The notes under the pieces: model-generated | Database searches by the model: none | What the model was told of the DNA's origin: nothing | The model's input: only the letters and a program-made list of their open reading frames with translations | Sequence record: PZ445523.1 | Length of the DNA: 64,000 nt | Source: a phage | Direction: 5' to 3' (one strand) | Program-made: the position numbers and the translations under genes | Part shown: in pieces, positions 8,906 through 18,758 of the stretch | How the letters are laid out: every line of letters begins with the position of its first letter | Numbering within the stretch: position 1 is the stretch's first letter

Positions 8906-10719
8906 TGGTGTTTAACCCTATGCATGATTTCTTTATTTTTACCGAGATTAAATCCGCGTTCGTTCGGATTTCCCAAATAACCACATGTTCTTCTTATTGT
9001 GTTCATCTTTTTAGGATCAGTTTCTCCACAAATAGAACAAACAAATCCGTTTTCAGTAGGAGTCATTTCATGGGTACTTCCGCATGTAAAACATTTATCT
9101 ACCGGCATGTTAACACCAAAATAATCTAAATGTTGTGCAGCATAATCCCATACGGCCTCAAGACCTTTTAAGTTATTTTTCATATCAGGAAGTTCAACAT
9201 AAGAAATGTGACCACCTGTCGCAATGAAATGATATGGTGCTTCGCGGGAAATCTTTTCAAACGGAGTAATATTTTCTTCTACTGAAACATGGAAACTGTT
9301 AGTGTACCAGCCTTTATCGGTAACATCTTTTACGCTTCCATATTTTTCGGTATCGAGTTTACAGAAGCGATAACAAAGGTTTTCAGCAGGAGTCGAATAT
9401 AAACTAAAAGCAAATCCGGTTCTTTCAGTCCACTGTTTAAGATGAGCATTCATTTTAGTTAAAATTTCTCGTCCAATATCACGACCGACAAGAATATTCA
9501 ATTCGTGAATACCAATGTATCCTAAAGACACTGAACTTCTACCATTTTTAAATAACTCAATTATGTCGTCATCAGGTTTAAGACGAACCCCGAATGCACC
9601 TTCTTGGTAAAGAATAGGAGCAACAGTTGCTTTAACTCCTTTTAAGGAACTAATTCTACACATCAAAGCTTCAAAACACAAATCCATTCGTTCATTAAAT
9701 AGCTCAACAAATTTCTGTTCATTGAACTGTGTTCCAATATAAGAATCTAACGCGATGCGAGGAAGATTCAGTGTTACAACACCAAGATTATTACGTCCAT
9801 CAAGAATTTCATTGCCAGTCGAATCTTTCCATACGCTCAAGAAACTACGGCAACCCATTGGAGAAACAGGAACAGATGAACCAGTGATAGCTTTATTGTT
9901 CTTAGCTGAAATAATATCAGGATACATCCTTTTGCTTGCACACTCTAGAGCAAGCTGTTTAATATCATAGTTCGGATCGTCTTTATAAAGATTAACACCT
10001 TCTTCAACAAACATAACAAGCTTAGGGAAAATAGGAGTTATCCCATCACGACCAAGACCTTTAATACGATTTTTCAGAATTGCTTTCTGAATCATTCGTT
10101 CAGTCCAGTCAGTTCCCGTACCAAATGTAATTGTTACAAAAGGCGTTTGTCCGTTTGAACTAAAGAGAGTATTTACTTCATATTCATAAGCTTGGAATGC
10201 ATCGTATACGTCTTTTTCTGTTTTAGATTGAGCATAATTCAACGCATCGGCGATTTGCCATTTTTCTGCATCCTCAATGTGTTTTGCATAGGTGCGTTTA
10301 ACATAAGGAGAAAGTACTTTATCTACATTCGCAAAAGTCGTTCCGCCGTATTGGTGAGAAGCAACCTGCGCAGTAATTTGTGCCATAATCGCAGTAGCAA
10401 CGCCAATTGATTTAGGGGTTTCAATCTGCGCATTACCTAGCTTAAATCCGTTCTCAAGCATTCCTTTTAAATCTACTAAACAGCAATTAGTAAATGGAAG
10501 AGCAGGGGAATAATCAATATCGTGGAAATGGATAATTCCGCTTTCATGTGCTTTCATAATAAAAGACGGGACCATATTTTTGGCAATGTGTTTAGACACA
10601 ATACCAGCCATAAGGTCCCGTTGAGTTGGAAAAACACGAGAATCTTTATTAGCATTCTCGTTTAAAAGGTCTTTATTAGTTTTATGAATCAATCCTTCAA
10701 TTTCTTTTTCAATTGTCAT
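8902..10719 (-). CDS. nrdD: Anaerobic ribonucleoside-triphosphate reductase (class III RNR), uninterrupted
   Basis: 605 aa continuous ORF; C-terminal glycyl-radical region and Zn-ribbon cysteines (CFTCGSTHEMT...CSICG); length matches spliced T4 NrdD. Confidence 0.95.
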   Translation of the reverse strand: MTIEKEIEGLIHKTNKDLLNENANKDSRVFPTQRDLMAGIVSKHIAKNMVPSFIMKAHESGIIHFHDIDYSPALPFTNCCLVDLKGMLENGFKLGNAQIETPKSIGVATAIMAQITAQVASHQYGGTTFANVDKVLSPYVKRTYAKHIEDAEKWQIADALNYAQSKTEKDVYDAFQAYEYEVNTLFSSNGQTPFVTITFGTGTDWTERMIQKAILKNRIKGLGRDGITPIFPKLVMFVEEGVNLYKDDPNYDIKQLALECASKRMYPDIISAKNNKAITGSSVPVSPMGCRSFLSVWKDSTGNEILDGRNNLGVVTLNLPRIALDSYIGTQFNEQKFVELFNERMDLCFEALMCRISSLKGVKATVAPILYQEGAFGVRLKPDDDIIELFKNGRSSVSLGYIGIHELNILVGRDIGREILTKMNAHLKQWTERTGFAFSLYSTPAENLCYRFCKLDTEKYGSVKDVTDKGWYTNSFHVSVEENITPFEKISREAPYHFIATGGHISYVELPDMKNNLKGLEAVWDYAAQHLDYFGVNMPVDKCFTCGSTHEMTPTENGFVCSICGETDPKKMNTIRRTCGYLGNPNERGFNLGKNKEIMHRVKHQ

Positions 10720-11189
10720 TTTAAACTCTTTCTAAGCTGCTTCTTAAATGAAGCTATTAACTGTGTTTTGGTGTCAGATTCATTATATTCAAATCCTCTT
10801 TGAAGCATCTCGGCCATCATTTCCTCTTTTCCTAAACGAGAAAATTCCTTTGATTTATCTCCAACAAAGTTAGGGTGAATATTATTTTGGGTGTAATCGG
10901 ATTTTAAGTAAGTAAGTAAATTTTCTAACCATTCAAGATAATCAACACCTTGTCCCTTTAAGCCAGAACGATTAAATTTGTGCTTCATTTGACCTTCTGC
11001 AGCATTGCAAAGATTACAAAGCAATCCACGTACCTTTCCTGCTTTTGGTCCATTTAATTCATGGTCATGATCAAGATGATTAGCTTGAACATCAGGATTT
11101 AGTTCTCGTTGGCAAATTAAGCATTTACCGTTTTGTGCATCATAAAATTTCTGTTTTTCTTCTTTATATAATTTGCCAGTCAATAACAT
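10716..11189 (-). CDS. 49: Endonuclease VII (Holliday junction resolvase) gp49
   Basis: 157 aa; sequence matches T4 endo VII (MLLTGKLYKEEKQKFYDAQNGKCLICQRELNPD...); His-Cys zinc site. Confidence 0.93.
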   Translation of the reverse strand: MLLTGKLYKEEKQKFYDAQNGKCLICQRELNPDVQANHLDHDHELNGPKAGKVRGLLCNLCNAAEGQMKHKFNRSGLKGQGVDYLEWLENLLTYLKSDYTQNNIHPNFVGDKSKEFSRLGKEEMMAEMLQRGFEYNESDTKTQLIASFKKQLRKSLK

Positions 11190-11230
11190 AATAAACCCTT
11201 ACCTTAAATAGATAAGGGTATTTATTATTT

Positions 11231-11716
11231 TCAAGTATTGTAAAACATTTGATGCAATCGCTTATATTGCCGAATCTTTTGGTCAGAAAAAGAAATTTGA
11301 GTTTCAAGCCATTCAATGTACTCTGCGGCAGCTTGCATTAAATTTCCTTCATAACCATCGTTATTTTCTTGTGCAGCTAATTTAGCTAATGCGTATGAAA
11401 TACGTTCACCTTGAAAAGCGGATTCAGGCTTCTGAACATCTTGACTAGTTCGCTCTACGACTTCTTCAATTTCGCCATTTTCTACTGATTCAGTATTCCA
11501 TAAGCACCAATACGCAGTTGGCTTATCGTAGATGTTAATAATCTTTCCGTCGGAAAGTTCAATTTCAATAATTCCAGTATCAGGTTCTATATCATCTTCA
11601 CATTCTTTTGCAAGTTCACGAACTTTAAAGACAGTACCTGCACTAAGTTCCGGCCAGTAATTACATAGCTCTTTATCAGCACGATTAATTCTAAACCACT
11701 TATCTACTGTAATCAT
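11231..11716 (-). CDS. pin: Putative protease inhibitor Pin (161 aa from internal ATG)
   Basis: Position between gene 49 and nrdC as in T4; 161 aa from MITVDKWF matches recalled T4 Pin length. Confidence 0.55.
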   Translation of the reverse strand: MITVDKWFRINRADKELCNYWPELSAGTVFKVRELAKECEDDIEPDTGIIEIELSDGKIINIYDKPTAYWCLWNTESVENGEIEEVVERTSQDVQKPESAFQGERISYALAKLAAQENNDGYEGNLMQAAAEYIEWLETQISFSDQKIRQYKRLHQMFYNT

Positions 11717-11839
11717 GTCCCATCTCCATATCAATTAAGTCATTTATCGTTGGTTCATTATATACTGTTTCTTCATCAGTGTAAACCGGTTCTTCCGGCT
11801 CTGGCTCTACAGTTTCCCATCTAGCCGCCCACCAAGGTT

Positions 11840-12160
11840 TTATAGCGTAATCCATTCTCGTACTGTCTGAATTACTACACGTTCTCGAAGCTCAACCAGT
11901 TCAACGGTAGGAACTGCATAATACCAGTCAGAATGGTAAGAACCTGAGCGAGATTCATTTACAGAAACATATACGTGGTGTTTTGGGCTAAAGTAAATTA
12001 CTCGACGATATTGGCATTTGCCTTGTTGAGTCCATTCTTCGGATTCAATCTGAATAAGATAGTCGGAAAAATCGAAATCATAGTTTTCCGAAAATGCATC
12101 ATGGTCTTCGATGATTTCACTCAGAACTGCATCAACATCTAATTTATTTTCAATAGTCAT
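11840..12160 (-). CDS. Hypothetical protein (106 aa)
   Basis: ORF on the early strand between nrdC and pin. Confidence 0.5.
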   Translation of the reverse strand: MTIENKLDVDAVLSEIIEDHDAFSENYDFDFSDYLIQIESEEWTQQGKCQYRRVIYFSPKHHVYVSVNESRSGSYHSDWYYAVPTVELVELRERVVIQTVREWITL

Positions 12161-12171
12161 TTTTTCACCAA

Positions 12172-12381
12172 TTAATTTCGCAATTTATTAAGTTCTTCAT
12201 AATCAATCCAGGATTCTAATCCTGATGGCAAATCAGATTCAATTTCCCAAAGAAGCTCTTCAATTTTCTGAAGACGATCTAGTTCTTCAGCTGGAATAGT
12301 AACCATTGATGGAGTTCTTGATACACTAATATCGTAAATCATATTTACCCCAGTTTGACCATACAATCGCCGTATTTCCAC
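12172..12381 (-). CDS. Hypothetical protein (69 aa)
   Basis: Small acidic ORF on the early strand. Confidence 0.45.
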   Translation of the reverse strand: MEIRRLYGQTGVNMIYDISVSRTPSMVTIPAEELDRLQKIEELLWEIESDLPSGLESWIDYEELNKLRN

Positions 12382-12560
12382 TTAGAAATAGACTTTTCAC
12401 CATTAGAATAATAAACTTCGAGTTTAGCACGATTATTTTTAATTTGAATAACCTTGGCTGTCATCAAAGTTCCATACCCATAGTAAACTGCAACTTCATC
12501 ACCTACATATACCGCGCTTCCGCGGTAATCATGGATATAATCAGTTCCTTCGAGAATCAT
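12345..12560 (-). CDS. Hypothetical protein (71 aa)
   Basis: ORF immediately downstream of nrdC. Confidence 0.45.
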   Translation of the reverse strand: MILEGTDYIHDYRGSAVYVGDEVAVYYGYGTLMTAKVIQIKNNRAKLEVYYSNGEKSISKWKYGDCMVKLG

Positions 12561-12820
12561 TTAAAGTATTCCCGCAATTGGTCAAATCCACCAATATGAC
12601 TTCCATCAGGAGCAAATACCTGAGGCATTGTCAAGCCGATTTGAGTATCACGACCTAGTTTCGTTAGAAGCTCAGCAATTTTCTCATCATCAAAAACACC
12701 TTTTTCCGGCATAATGTTGATAAATTCAAACGGCTGTTTCTTCACGGTCAAAAGACGTTTTGCATTATCGCAATACACGCATTTGTGGATGTTGCTATCA
12801 TAACCATATACTTTAAACAT
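12557..12820 (-). CDS. nrdC: Thioredoxin/glutaredoxin NrdC
   Basis: 87 aa; CVYC active site; sequence matches T4 NrdC (MFKVYGYDSNIHKCVYCDNAKRLL...). Confidence 0.92.
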   Translation of the reverse strand: MFKVYGYDSNIHKCVYCDNAKRLLTVKKQPFEFINIMPEKGVFDDEKIAELLTKLGRDTQIGLTMPQVFAPDGSHIGGFDQLREYFK

Positions 12821-12821
12821 A

Positions 12822-13064
12822 TTATTCCTTAATTCCTAGTACTTGTTTGAAGGTCTCAGTATAATCGGAGTATTGACCGGTTTGTTCTTTATATTTGTTC
12901 ATAATATCATAAACTTCTAAACGCATATTATTATACGAACGGGTTAAAGCGGATTTCAATACTGAATAACTATCCGGAAATTTACCATGTTCTTTATAAT
13001 AGGCCAGAGTTAATTCACGGACCGCTTTATCAGCAGTCTCAAGATATTCTTTACGCTTTGCCAT
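12822..13064 (-). CDS. Hypothetical protein (about 80 aa, start uncertain)
   Basis: Internal start [15 protein letters not shown]... chosen; the longer ORF-track version overlaps the upstream gene. Confidence 0.4.
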   Translation of the reverse strand: MAKRKEYLETADKAVRELTLAYYKEHGKFPDSYSVLKSALTRSYNNMRLEVYDIMNKYKEQTGQYSDYTETFKQVLGIKE

Positions 13065-13365
13065 TTTCTTCTCGCTCAAATCGGTGTTTACAATGGCGAC
13101 ATTTATAACGAAGATTATTAGTCTGCCAATGGACCAATTGCACCTGTTCAGTTCCACATTCAGGGCAATTAGGAACGTTTTTAGAAGCCCTTTCGCGACG
13201 TTCAATCATGACCATTACAGAATCCCAATTAACAGGAGGGCTATAATCATCACAACCATGAATCTTTCCACGCATTTCCAGATCGTCTTCTTCACCAGCC
13301 ATAATAATTTTAATTAAACTGGAATTACTTGAAGCTGCAATGTCTTCTAATAGACGCTTTTTCAT
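13051..13365 (-). CDS. Zinc-ribbon protein (104 aa)
   Basis: CPECG...CRHCKH four-cysteine zinc-ribbon pattern. Confidence 0.5.
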   Translation of the reverse strand: MKKRLLEDIAASSNSSLIKIIMAGEEDDLEMRGKIHGCDDYSPPVNWDSVMVMIERRERASKNVPNCPECGTEQVQLVHWQTNNLRYKCRHCKHRFEREENGKA

Positions 13366-14288
13366 TTCAATACCTCAATAGCATTACGTAAACCATTTGC
13401 TTTGGCGGTTAAAGCCTTAAGAACTTTAGTATGCTCTTCAATTTGTTTTTCAACTTCAATCAAACGAGCATTGAGATATTCGCGTTCTTCTTTCATAGTA
13501 TCATTTCCATGATTGGATTTTGGTGTAGGTTTAAATTCACTAGGGTCCTTTAATTTAATAACAAATTTAGTTTCAAACAGTGAAAGACCATAATTCGTAT
13601 TATCATCAAAGGATTTGACTACATCCATATCAGATAATAACACGCGCAAATTATAAGCCAAAGAACTAATAGTTTCATTGTGTTTATTAGCTTCGCGTGG
13701 TTTCATATACGGAAGATTTTTATATATCTCATGCGGAGCGCAAACGATAATTGACAATTCAAATTGTCCATTCTGGGACGATGGAGTGAATTTAGCCGTA
13801 ACCCAGTCTTTTACATTCACATTAATAGTACGGTTATCACCATGACAAAACAGTCTACGAGAATGCTTAAAAAGCATATTCACGTTATTATTGAATTCGT
13901 GTGAAAATTCACTAGCAAATTTTTCTTTACTATCTTTAGAAAACCATTCTTCTAAATAAGTTCTTTTCACGTCGTTAATAATATTAAATGTAACAACATT
14001 AGCATTTGATACATTAGTCTCAATGTAGCTTGGATACATAAATTTTTTAACATTATTAACAGCTATCACAGAAGATAGTAATCGGGAACGTTTGAACCAC
14101 TCGAGCAAAGAACCAAGAGAATGTGAATACGCATTTTGTGTATCTTTACAAATATGGTTTTCCCATCCAATATAGTCTAAAAAATCACGAAGAATATTAT
14201 TGATTACTGCTCTGTGTCCGATCTGATAATTACGGTGTTTAGTAATAAGACTGTCAAAATAATCAATATAATGTTTACGAGTTTTCAT
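13362..14288 (-). CDS. Hypothetical protein (308 aa) with C-terminal coiled coil
   Basis: First of four tandem 300-350 aa ORFs; C-terminal heptad segment ([42 protein letters not shown]). Confidence 0.55.
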   Translation of the reverse strand: MKTRKHYIDYFDSLITKHRNYQIGHRAVINNILRDFLDYIGWENHICKDTQNAYSHSLGSLLEWFKRSRLLSSVIAVNNVKKFMYPSYIETNVSNANVVTFNIINDVKRTYLEEWFSKDSKEKFASEFSHEFNNNVNMLFKHSRRLFCHGDNRTINVNVKDWVTAKFTPSSQNGQFELSIIVCAPHEIYKNLPYMKPREANKHNETISSLAYNLRVLLSDMDVVKSFDDNTNYGLSLFETKFVIKLKDPSEFKPTPKSNHGNDTMKEEREYLNARLIEVEKQIEEHTKVLKALTAKANGLRNAIEVLK

Positions 14289-14340
14289 GTTCTTCTCACT
14301 TGGTTAATGGTTTATACTCCGAGCCATCCTTGGCTTTAAA

Positions 14341-15342
14341 TTACTTAATTAACTGTAAAGCTTGTTCAAGACGATCCAGGCGATTAACAGATTCTTCCCA
14401 AATCCTTTTAGCCTGCTCATATTCTTTCTGTGCTTTATTAGAAATTTCTAGAACTTCTTTATAAGCTTTTTCTAGTGCAATAACTTCTGGACGAATTTCT
14501 ATCGGTTCAGGTGAATCGTCAAGACATTCCATTAGTTCCTCAAGGGTAGTTTCTTCTTTAGGAGTATTCACAATTTCATCACATTTTTGCTGGTAAATTT
14601 CTTTATCAGTCGGTGAGTACGCACACTTTACTTCACGAAGACTAACTACAATTTTATATCCTTCCCAACCGCATATATTCTTAAAAGGATAAGTATGAAT
14701 ATTTTCTACTGTTTCCATACAAAGTAATGCAGTCTCTAACTGACGAGTTATATCACTAGCAATTGAGAAAAATTTATTAATGTTCTTTTGATTAGCTTCT
14801 GGTGTAAAAAATTCATAATTCACAAAAATAGCTGCTTTATTTTTATCAAGTTCATATTCTTTTATGATAATCATATCAGAAGCCAAAGGATGAATTTGAC
14901 GATAATCGCCATAACATAATTTAGAAGCTGATTTTAGAATTTGCTTCTTGAAAAGTCTAAAATTACTAACCCAACGACGAGTAAAAATATTCTCAGGGTC
15001 TTCTTTATTATTAAGATGATAAGAATTAACATCACCGAACCAGCTGTATCCTACTACATTTTTAGTTCGTTTAATTTCTTTCCCAAATTTACTAAGAATA
15101 TCTTGATTAACTAAATATGAAAGAAGACGAGACTCTTTAAAGGTTTTCTTGATATTATCTTTATCTACACGGCTAGAAATTTTACGAATTTCATGAATAA
15201 ATTTAGCAGAAGAAACAATACCTGCATCAACACTATTGAGCCATTGATTGATAATAGAAAGAACGCTATTTTGGCCAAACATCGGTATAGCTTTACCATC
15301 AATAACGCTATTGAATGATTTGATATATTCGTTACGAGTCAT
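14341..15342 (-). CDS. Hypothetical protein (about 333 aa) with C-terminal coiled coil
   Basis: Start reset to MTRNEYIK downstream of promoter and GAGGAG; the ORF-track N-terminus is promoter read-through. Confidence 0.55.
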   Translation of the reverse strand: MTRNEYIKSFNSVIDGKAIPMFGQNSVLSIINQWLNSVDAGIVSSAKFIHEIRKISSRVDKDNIKKTFKESRLLSYLVNQDILSKFGKEIKRTKNVVGYSWFGDVNSYHLNNKEDPENIFTRRWVSNFRLFKKQILKSASKLCYGDYRQIHPLASDMIIIKEYELDKNKAAIFVNYEFFTPEANQKNINKFFSIASDITRQLETALLCMETVENIHTYPFKNICGWEGYKIVVSLREVKCAYSPTDKEIYQQKCDEIVNTPKEETTLEELMECLDDSPEPIEIRPEVIALEKAYKEVLEISNKAQKEYEQAKRIWEESVNRLDRLEQALQLIK

Positions 15343-15370
15343 AATAATCTCCTCAGTAGAAAGTAAGAAC

Positions 15371-15400
15371 ATTATACCACATCCTTGTGGCAAAGTAAAC
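15371..15400 (-). promoter_or_regulatory. Early promoter (GTTTAC -35, TATAAT -10)
   Basis: Minus-strand GTTTAC, about 17-nt spacer, TATAAT; upstream of ORF 14341..15342. Confidence 0.5.
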
Positions 15401-16422
15401 TAGTTCAGTGCATTTAGTGCATTGTTCAGTTTAGAACGTTGCTTTGCCAGATTTTGAACCCTTGACTGCGCTTGTTCTAACACCTTTTCAGCTTCTAGCA
15501 CTTCATTGGTCGCTTTAACGAGTTCATCATCTACTGCCTTAAGAGACTTCTCAATCGCATCAGCGTGCCATTTTTCTACAGGTTTAAAATTTGAATTTTC
15601 AGTAGGAAGAAAATTCACTTTATTAAGTTTACATGCATCTATATTGCTTGAGCTATACATCCAAAATTTAGGATCGTTTGAGGAGTAATTAGATGAATTT
15701 AAGGTATCTTGCACTTCCTGCTTTTTCTCTTGAACAACTTCGTCCTTTCTCAAAAATTCATATTTAAATGAAACGACCATATCAAGTTCATATGTTGTTG
15801 TGTCTAATTTAAATCGTTCGAAATGCCGCGAAATCCTAGACTGAACACCAGCAACAACATCCATATACTTAAATGCTTCTGTCAACTGTGATTTAAGGCA
15901 TTCACAAATTGAAAGAGAATTTTTTGTATTAGGTTTAAAGCTAATTCGTGCAGTTCTATTATTTTCTTTTAACGGTCTTACTTCCATCTGAAGAGTATAA
16001 CCATCAAATTTAAGATTCTTTAAGTTAATATCAGAACCTTTTAATCGACTAGCAGTAGACAAAATTTGCTTTAATTGTTTACGGAATAAAGCAATAAATC
16101 TCCATTCAAGACGATAATGATTTGGATTAAAAAATCCAGTTGATAGATCGGTCTTACTTTGACCAACGCCTCGAACAAATAGAGGATTTTTATAATCAAT
16201 AGTTTTACAGAAATCAACGAGCTGCTCGCGAGCAGTCATTTGTGTAATATACCCTGATTCATTAAAATTACGCACCCATTCACTGCTGTTCAGATGTTTA
16301 AAGGCGTGAATGGAACAATTAACTTTATTAAGGTCTAAATTATTTTCACACAAAAATGTCATAACATCACGATTATAGCTGGCATTACGAACCATATCTT
16401 CAATTTGAGAACGAGTTTTCAT
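15400..16422 (-). CDS. Hypothetical protein (340 aa) with C-terminal coiled coil
   Basis: Third member of the tandem set; N-terminus MKTR as in 13362..14288. Confidence 0.55.
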   Translation of the reverse strand: MKTRSQIEDMVRNASYNRDVMTFLCENNLDLNKVNCSIHAFKHLNSSEWVRNFNESGYITQMTAREQLVDFCKTIDYKNPLFVRGVGQSKTDLSTGFFNPNHYRLEWRFIALFRKQLKQILSTASRLKGSDINLKNLKFDGYTLQMEVRPLKENNRTARISFKPNTKNSLSICECLKSQLTEAFKYMDVVAGVQSRISRHFERFKLDTTTYELDMVVSFKYEFLRKDEVVQEKKQEVQDTLNSSNYSSNDPKFWMYSSSNIDACKLNKVNFLPTENSNFKPVEKWHADAIEKSLKAVDDELVKATNEVLEAEKVLEQAQSRVQNLAKQRSKLNNALNALN

Positions 16423-16430
16423 GGTGTTCC

Positions 16431-17345
16431 TTAAGATTTAAGTAAATCAACAATTTTAATTAACTTTTCACGCTCAGATTTAGCTTTACTACTCAGTCCA
16501 GATAGTCTGAAAATTTCATCGTCATATTGTTGAATAGAAATATTCAGCTCTTCAATTTGCTTATTAAAATAATCAATTTGCTCAGAATGTTTTTCGTTAC
16601 TACGAACTGGTGCAGGTTTTGTAGGCAATTTAGTTGAACTGGATTCATCCGGGCGATAAATTAAAATACAATTTGAACCAATCGGGCATTTAGCACCAGA
16701 CACATATTCTAATGTTCCAGCTTCTTTTAAAACTTCAAAAGCTAAACAGAGATGATGCCCCATATTAACATAATCTGTAGAGCGAGCTCTGATGTAATAA
16801 TCATCTCCACGAGTACTAAATTTAAAGCATTTAAGGTCTTCTGTATTATTAGTTTTAAAAATCATTTGTTTATCTAGACCTTTAGCTAATCGAGCGCCTA
16901 ATGCTAATAATCGTCGTTGATTTTCCCACAAATCCGCAATCATTTGGTCGAATGATAATTTCGGCATTAGTCGGCCATAAAGGTCATATCCTTTATTATA
17001 ATTACGAAGGATTTCACTCGCGTTAATACGAGACAATGCTCCAATTTTATTAAGGGCTTTCATAATGCGATTAGATAAACTCATTCCAGACCCATTTGTT
17101 CGCTGTAAATGTTTTTCTAATCCAAATCCAATATCAACTTTAAATTTATCTAAAATTTCAGCATGAACATCTCTGTCAATAACATTCAAATCCAAAGTTG
17201 GGTTAAATCTATGAAAAAATTTATCTGGCTCTCCACGACGAAATACAGTCCATTCATTCATCATTTTTTTATTAACTAAGGATTTAATTACTGCATTGAC
17301 ATTATTAATTACTACTGACATATTTTCCTCACTCAATTTTACCAA
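16431..17345 (-). CDS. Hypothetical protein (304 aa) with C-terminal coiled coil
   Basis: Fourth member of the tandem set; C-terminal heptad segment. Confidence 0.55.
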   Translation of the reverse strand: MVKLSEENMSVVINNVNAVIKSLVNKKMMNEWTVFRRGEPDKFFHRFNPTLDLNVIDRDVHAEILDKFKVDIGFGLEKHLQRTNGSGMSLSNRIMKALNKIGALSRINASEILRNYNKGYDLYGRLMPKLSFDQMIADLWENQRRLLALGARLAKGLDKQMIFKTNNTEDLKCFKFSTRGDDYYIRARSTDYVNMGHHLCLAFEVLKEAGTLEYVSGAKCPIGSNCILIYRPDESSSTKLPTKPAPVRSNEKHSEQIDYFNKQIEELNISIQQYDDEIFRLSGLSSKAKSEREKLIKIVDLLKS

Positions 17346-17730
17346 TTACGCGGAATAAGATTGAACAGACTATATAAGTACCACATATAGATTGAACTAA
17401 TGCCATTCCAAAGAACCAAACAATATTATCAAACCATGTCTGTTTTACGTCGAAAGGACGTAAACTTACAGTAATATTATCACCTTTTTCTATTGATGAA
17501 TACATCTCTGGGGAAATATATTCACTAAATCTATAACCGTCTTTGAGTTCATATACGGCAATAAACGATAAACTAGACCCCTTTCCTTGAGTTCCTGTAA
17601 GGGTATTAACTACAGGAACATCATAATCTTTATAATGCATATAATCATTAATTGCGTAATAACCATATGCAATTACTATACATAAACAACATATCAATAA
17701 ATTCAATCTTTTAATTATCAACTGTTTCAT
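17329..17730 (-). CDS. Membrane protein (133 aa)
   Basis: N- and C-terminal hydrophobic helices; directly downstream of an early promoter. Confidence 0.5.
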   Translation of the reverse strand: MKQLIIKRLNLLICCLCIVIAYGYYAINDYMHYKDYDVPVVNTLTGTQGKGSSLSFIAVYELKDGYRFSEYISPEMYSSIEKGDNITVSLRPFDVKQTWFDNIVWFFGMALVQSICGTYIVCSILFRVIGKIE

Positions 17731-17759
17731 AATAATCTCAATTAAAAGGGCTTAGAACC

Positions 17760-17786
17760 ATTATACCATCCTTGGTATAAAGCGGT
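17760..17786 (-). promoter_or_regulatory. Early promoter (TATAAT -10)
   Basis: Minus-strand TTTATAC...TATAAT upstream of ORF 17329..17730. Confidence 0.4.
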
Positions 17787-18313
17787 TATGCGAGTACCGT
17801 CTTTAACCGTTCTTCAAACTTCCGAAGAGTATTCTGGCGTTCAGCTCTTTGCTTTTTGTAAGTTTCAATACGCTCTGAAATGAGAGTGTATCGTTCATTT
17901 ACTGATTCTTTCATAAAATCAGGAATTTCACGAGAAGCTTTAATCTCGTCAAATTTATCAATAACAGCTTGCTCTTCAGCAATTAAGTTATCATACATCA
18001 AAATATCTTTCTTGATGAACTCAATATCTTCTTGAGTTACACGAGATAACTTAGATGCTTTATCCTTTTTGTACTGTTCGTTAGTATCACGAGACCAGTG
18101 TAATGTACGATTTTTATTCGTATTCTTGTAAATTTCTACAATACCAATCTCATCAATAATAACGATCCAATTCCAACGGGATTTGTAAATTTGTCCTCCA
18201 TCAACAGTGATTTCACCTCCGATTGAGATGTCATTAAAGAACTTGCTTTGTGCTTCAGATTTAAATTTACCATCGTTGTAATTTACCAGGTTGAAAATAT
18301 CTTTAGCGTTCAT
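17786..18313 (-). CDS. Hypothetical protein (about 175 aa) with C-terminal coiled coil
   Basis: Start reset to MNAKDIF after GGAGGAAC; the upstream 20 codons in the ORF track translate the promoter block. Confidence 0.5.
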   Translation of the reverse strand: MNAKDIFNLVNYNDGKFKSEAQSKFFNDISIGGEITVDGGQIYKSRWNWIVIIDEIGIVEIYKNTNKNRTLHWSRDTNEQYKKDKASKLSRVTQEDIEFIKKDILMYDNLIAEEQAVIDKFDEIKASREIPDFMKESVNERYTLISERIETYKKQRAERQNTLRKFEERLKTVLA

Positions 18314-18337
18314 TTTGTGTTCCTCCGTAGTTGATAG

Positions 18338-18371
18338 TTGTATAGTACCACAGAGGAACGGTCTTGTAAAC
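18338..18371 (-). promoter_or_regulatory. Early promoter with conserved downstream block
   Basis: Minus-strand GTTTACA, 17-nt spacer, GGTACTATACAACTATCAAC block, then GGAGG and ATG. Confidence 0.5.
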
Positions 18372-18373
18372 AA

Positions 18374-18688
18374 CTAAAAGAAACTTCTTTCACAATTTTT
18401 TCCACTGAACCACGCGCTCACTGCTTTCTTAGTCTCAGGAGCAGTATTATCCATAAACCATTCAAAGGCAGCCTTTTTATGATTCTGGAGGGCTTCTCGG
18501 GCTTTAATCTGCTCACGGTCTATTAACACTAACATATGAGCCTTTCTTGTCACCATGGGCTTCTTATGATTTTTTGAATACTCCCAATCATTTGTCCATC
18601 GCATCGTTGTTGCGAACTGGAATACAGCTTCTTTAATTTTAGTTTCGTAAATTTCACGAGCCTTTGAGTATAACATCACTACCTCCAT
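18374..18688 (-). CDS. Hypothetical protein (104 aa)
   Basis: ORF on the early strand upstream of the 18338 promoter. Confidence 0.45.
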   Translation of the reverse strand: MEVVMLYSKAREIYETKIKEAVFQFATTMRWTNDWEYSKNHKKPMVTRKAHMLVLIDREQIKAREALQNHKKAAFEWFMDNTAPETKKAVSAWFSGKNCERSFF

Positions 18689-18758
18689 TTACCAGTTTAA
18701 TTCTAGTCATCTTTTTGATGGCAGTCCATATAATCTATTTCTGAACTGCCTTTTTGTC

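Noticed and set aside
8902-10719. Group I intron and I-TevII homing endonuclease inside nrdD, and mobD between nrdG and nrdD
   Set aside because: Looked for because T4 has them; nrdD is one continuous frame and nrdG overlaps it directly, so neither element is present.
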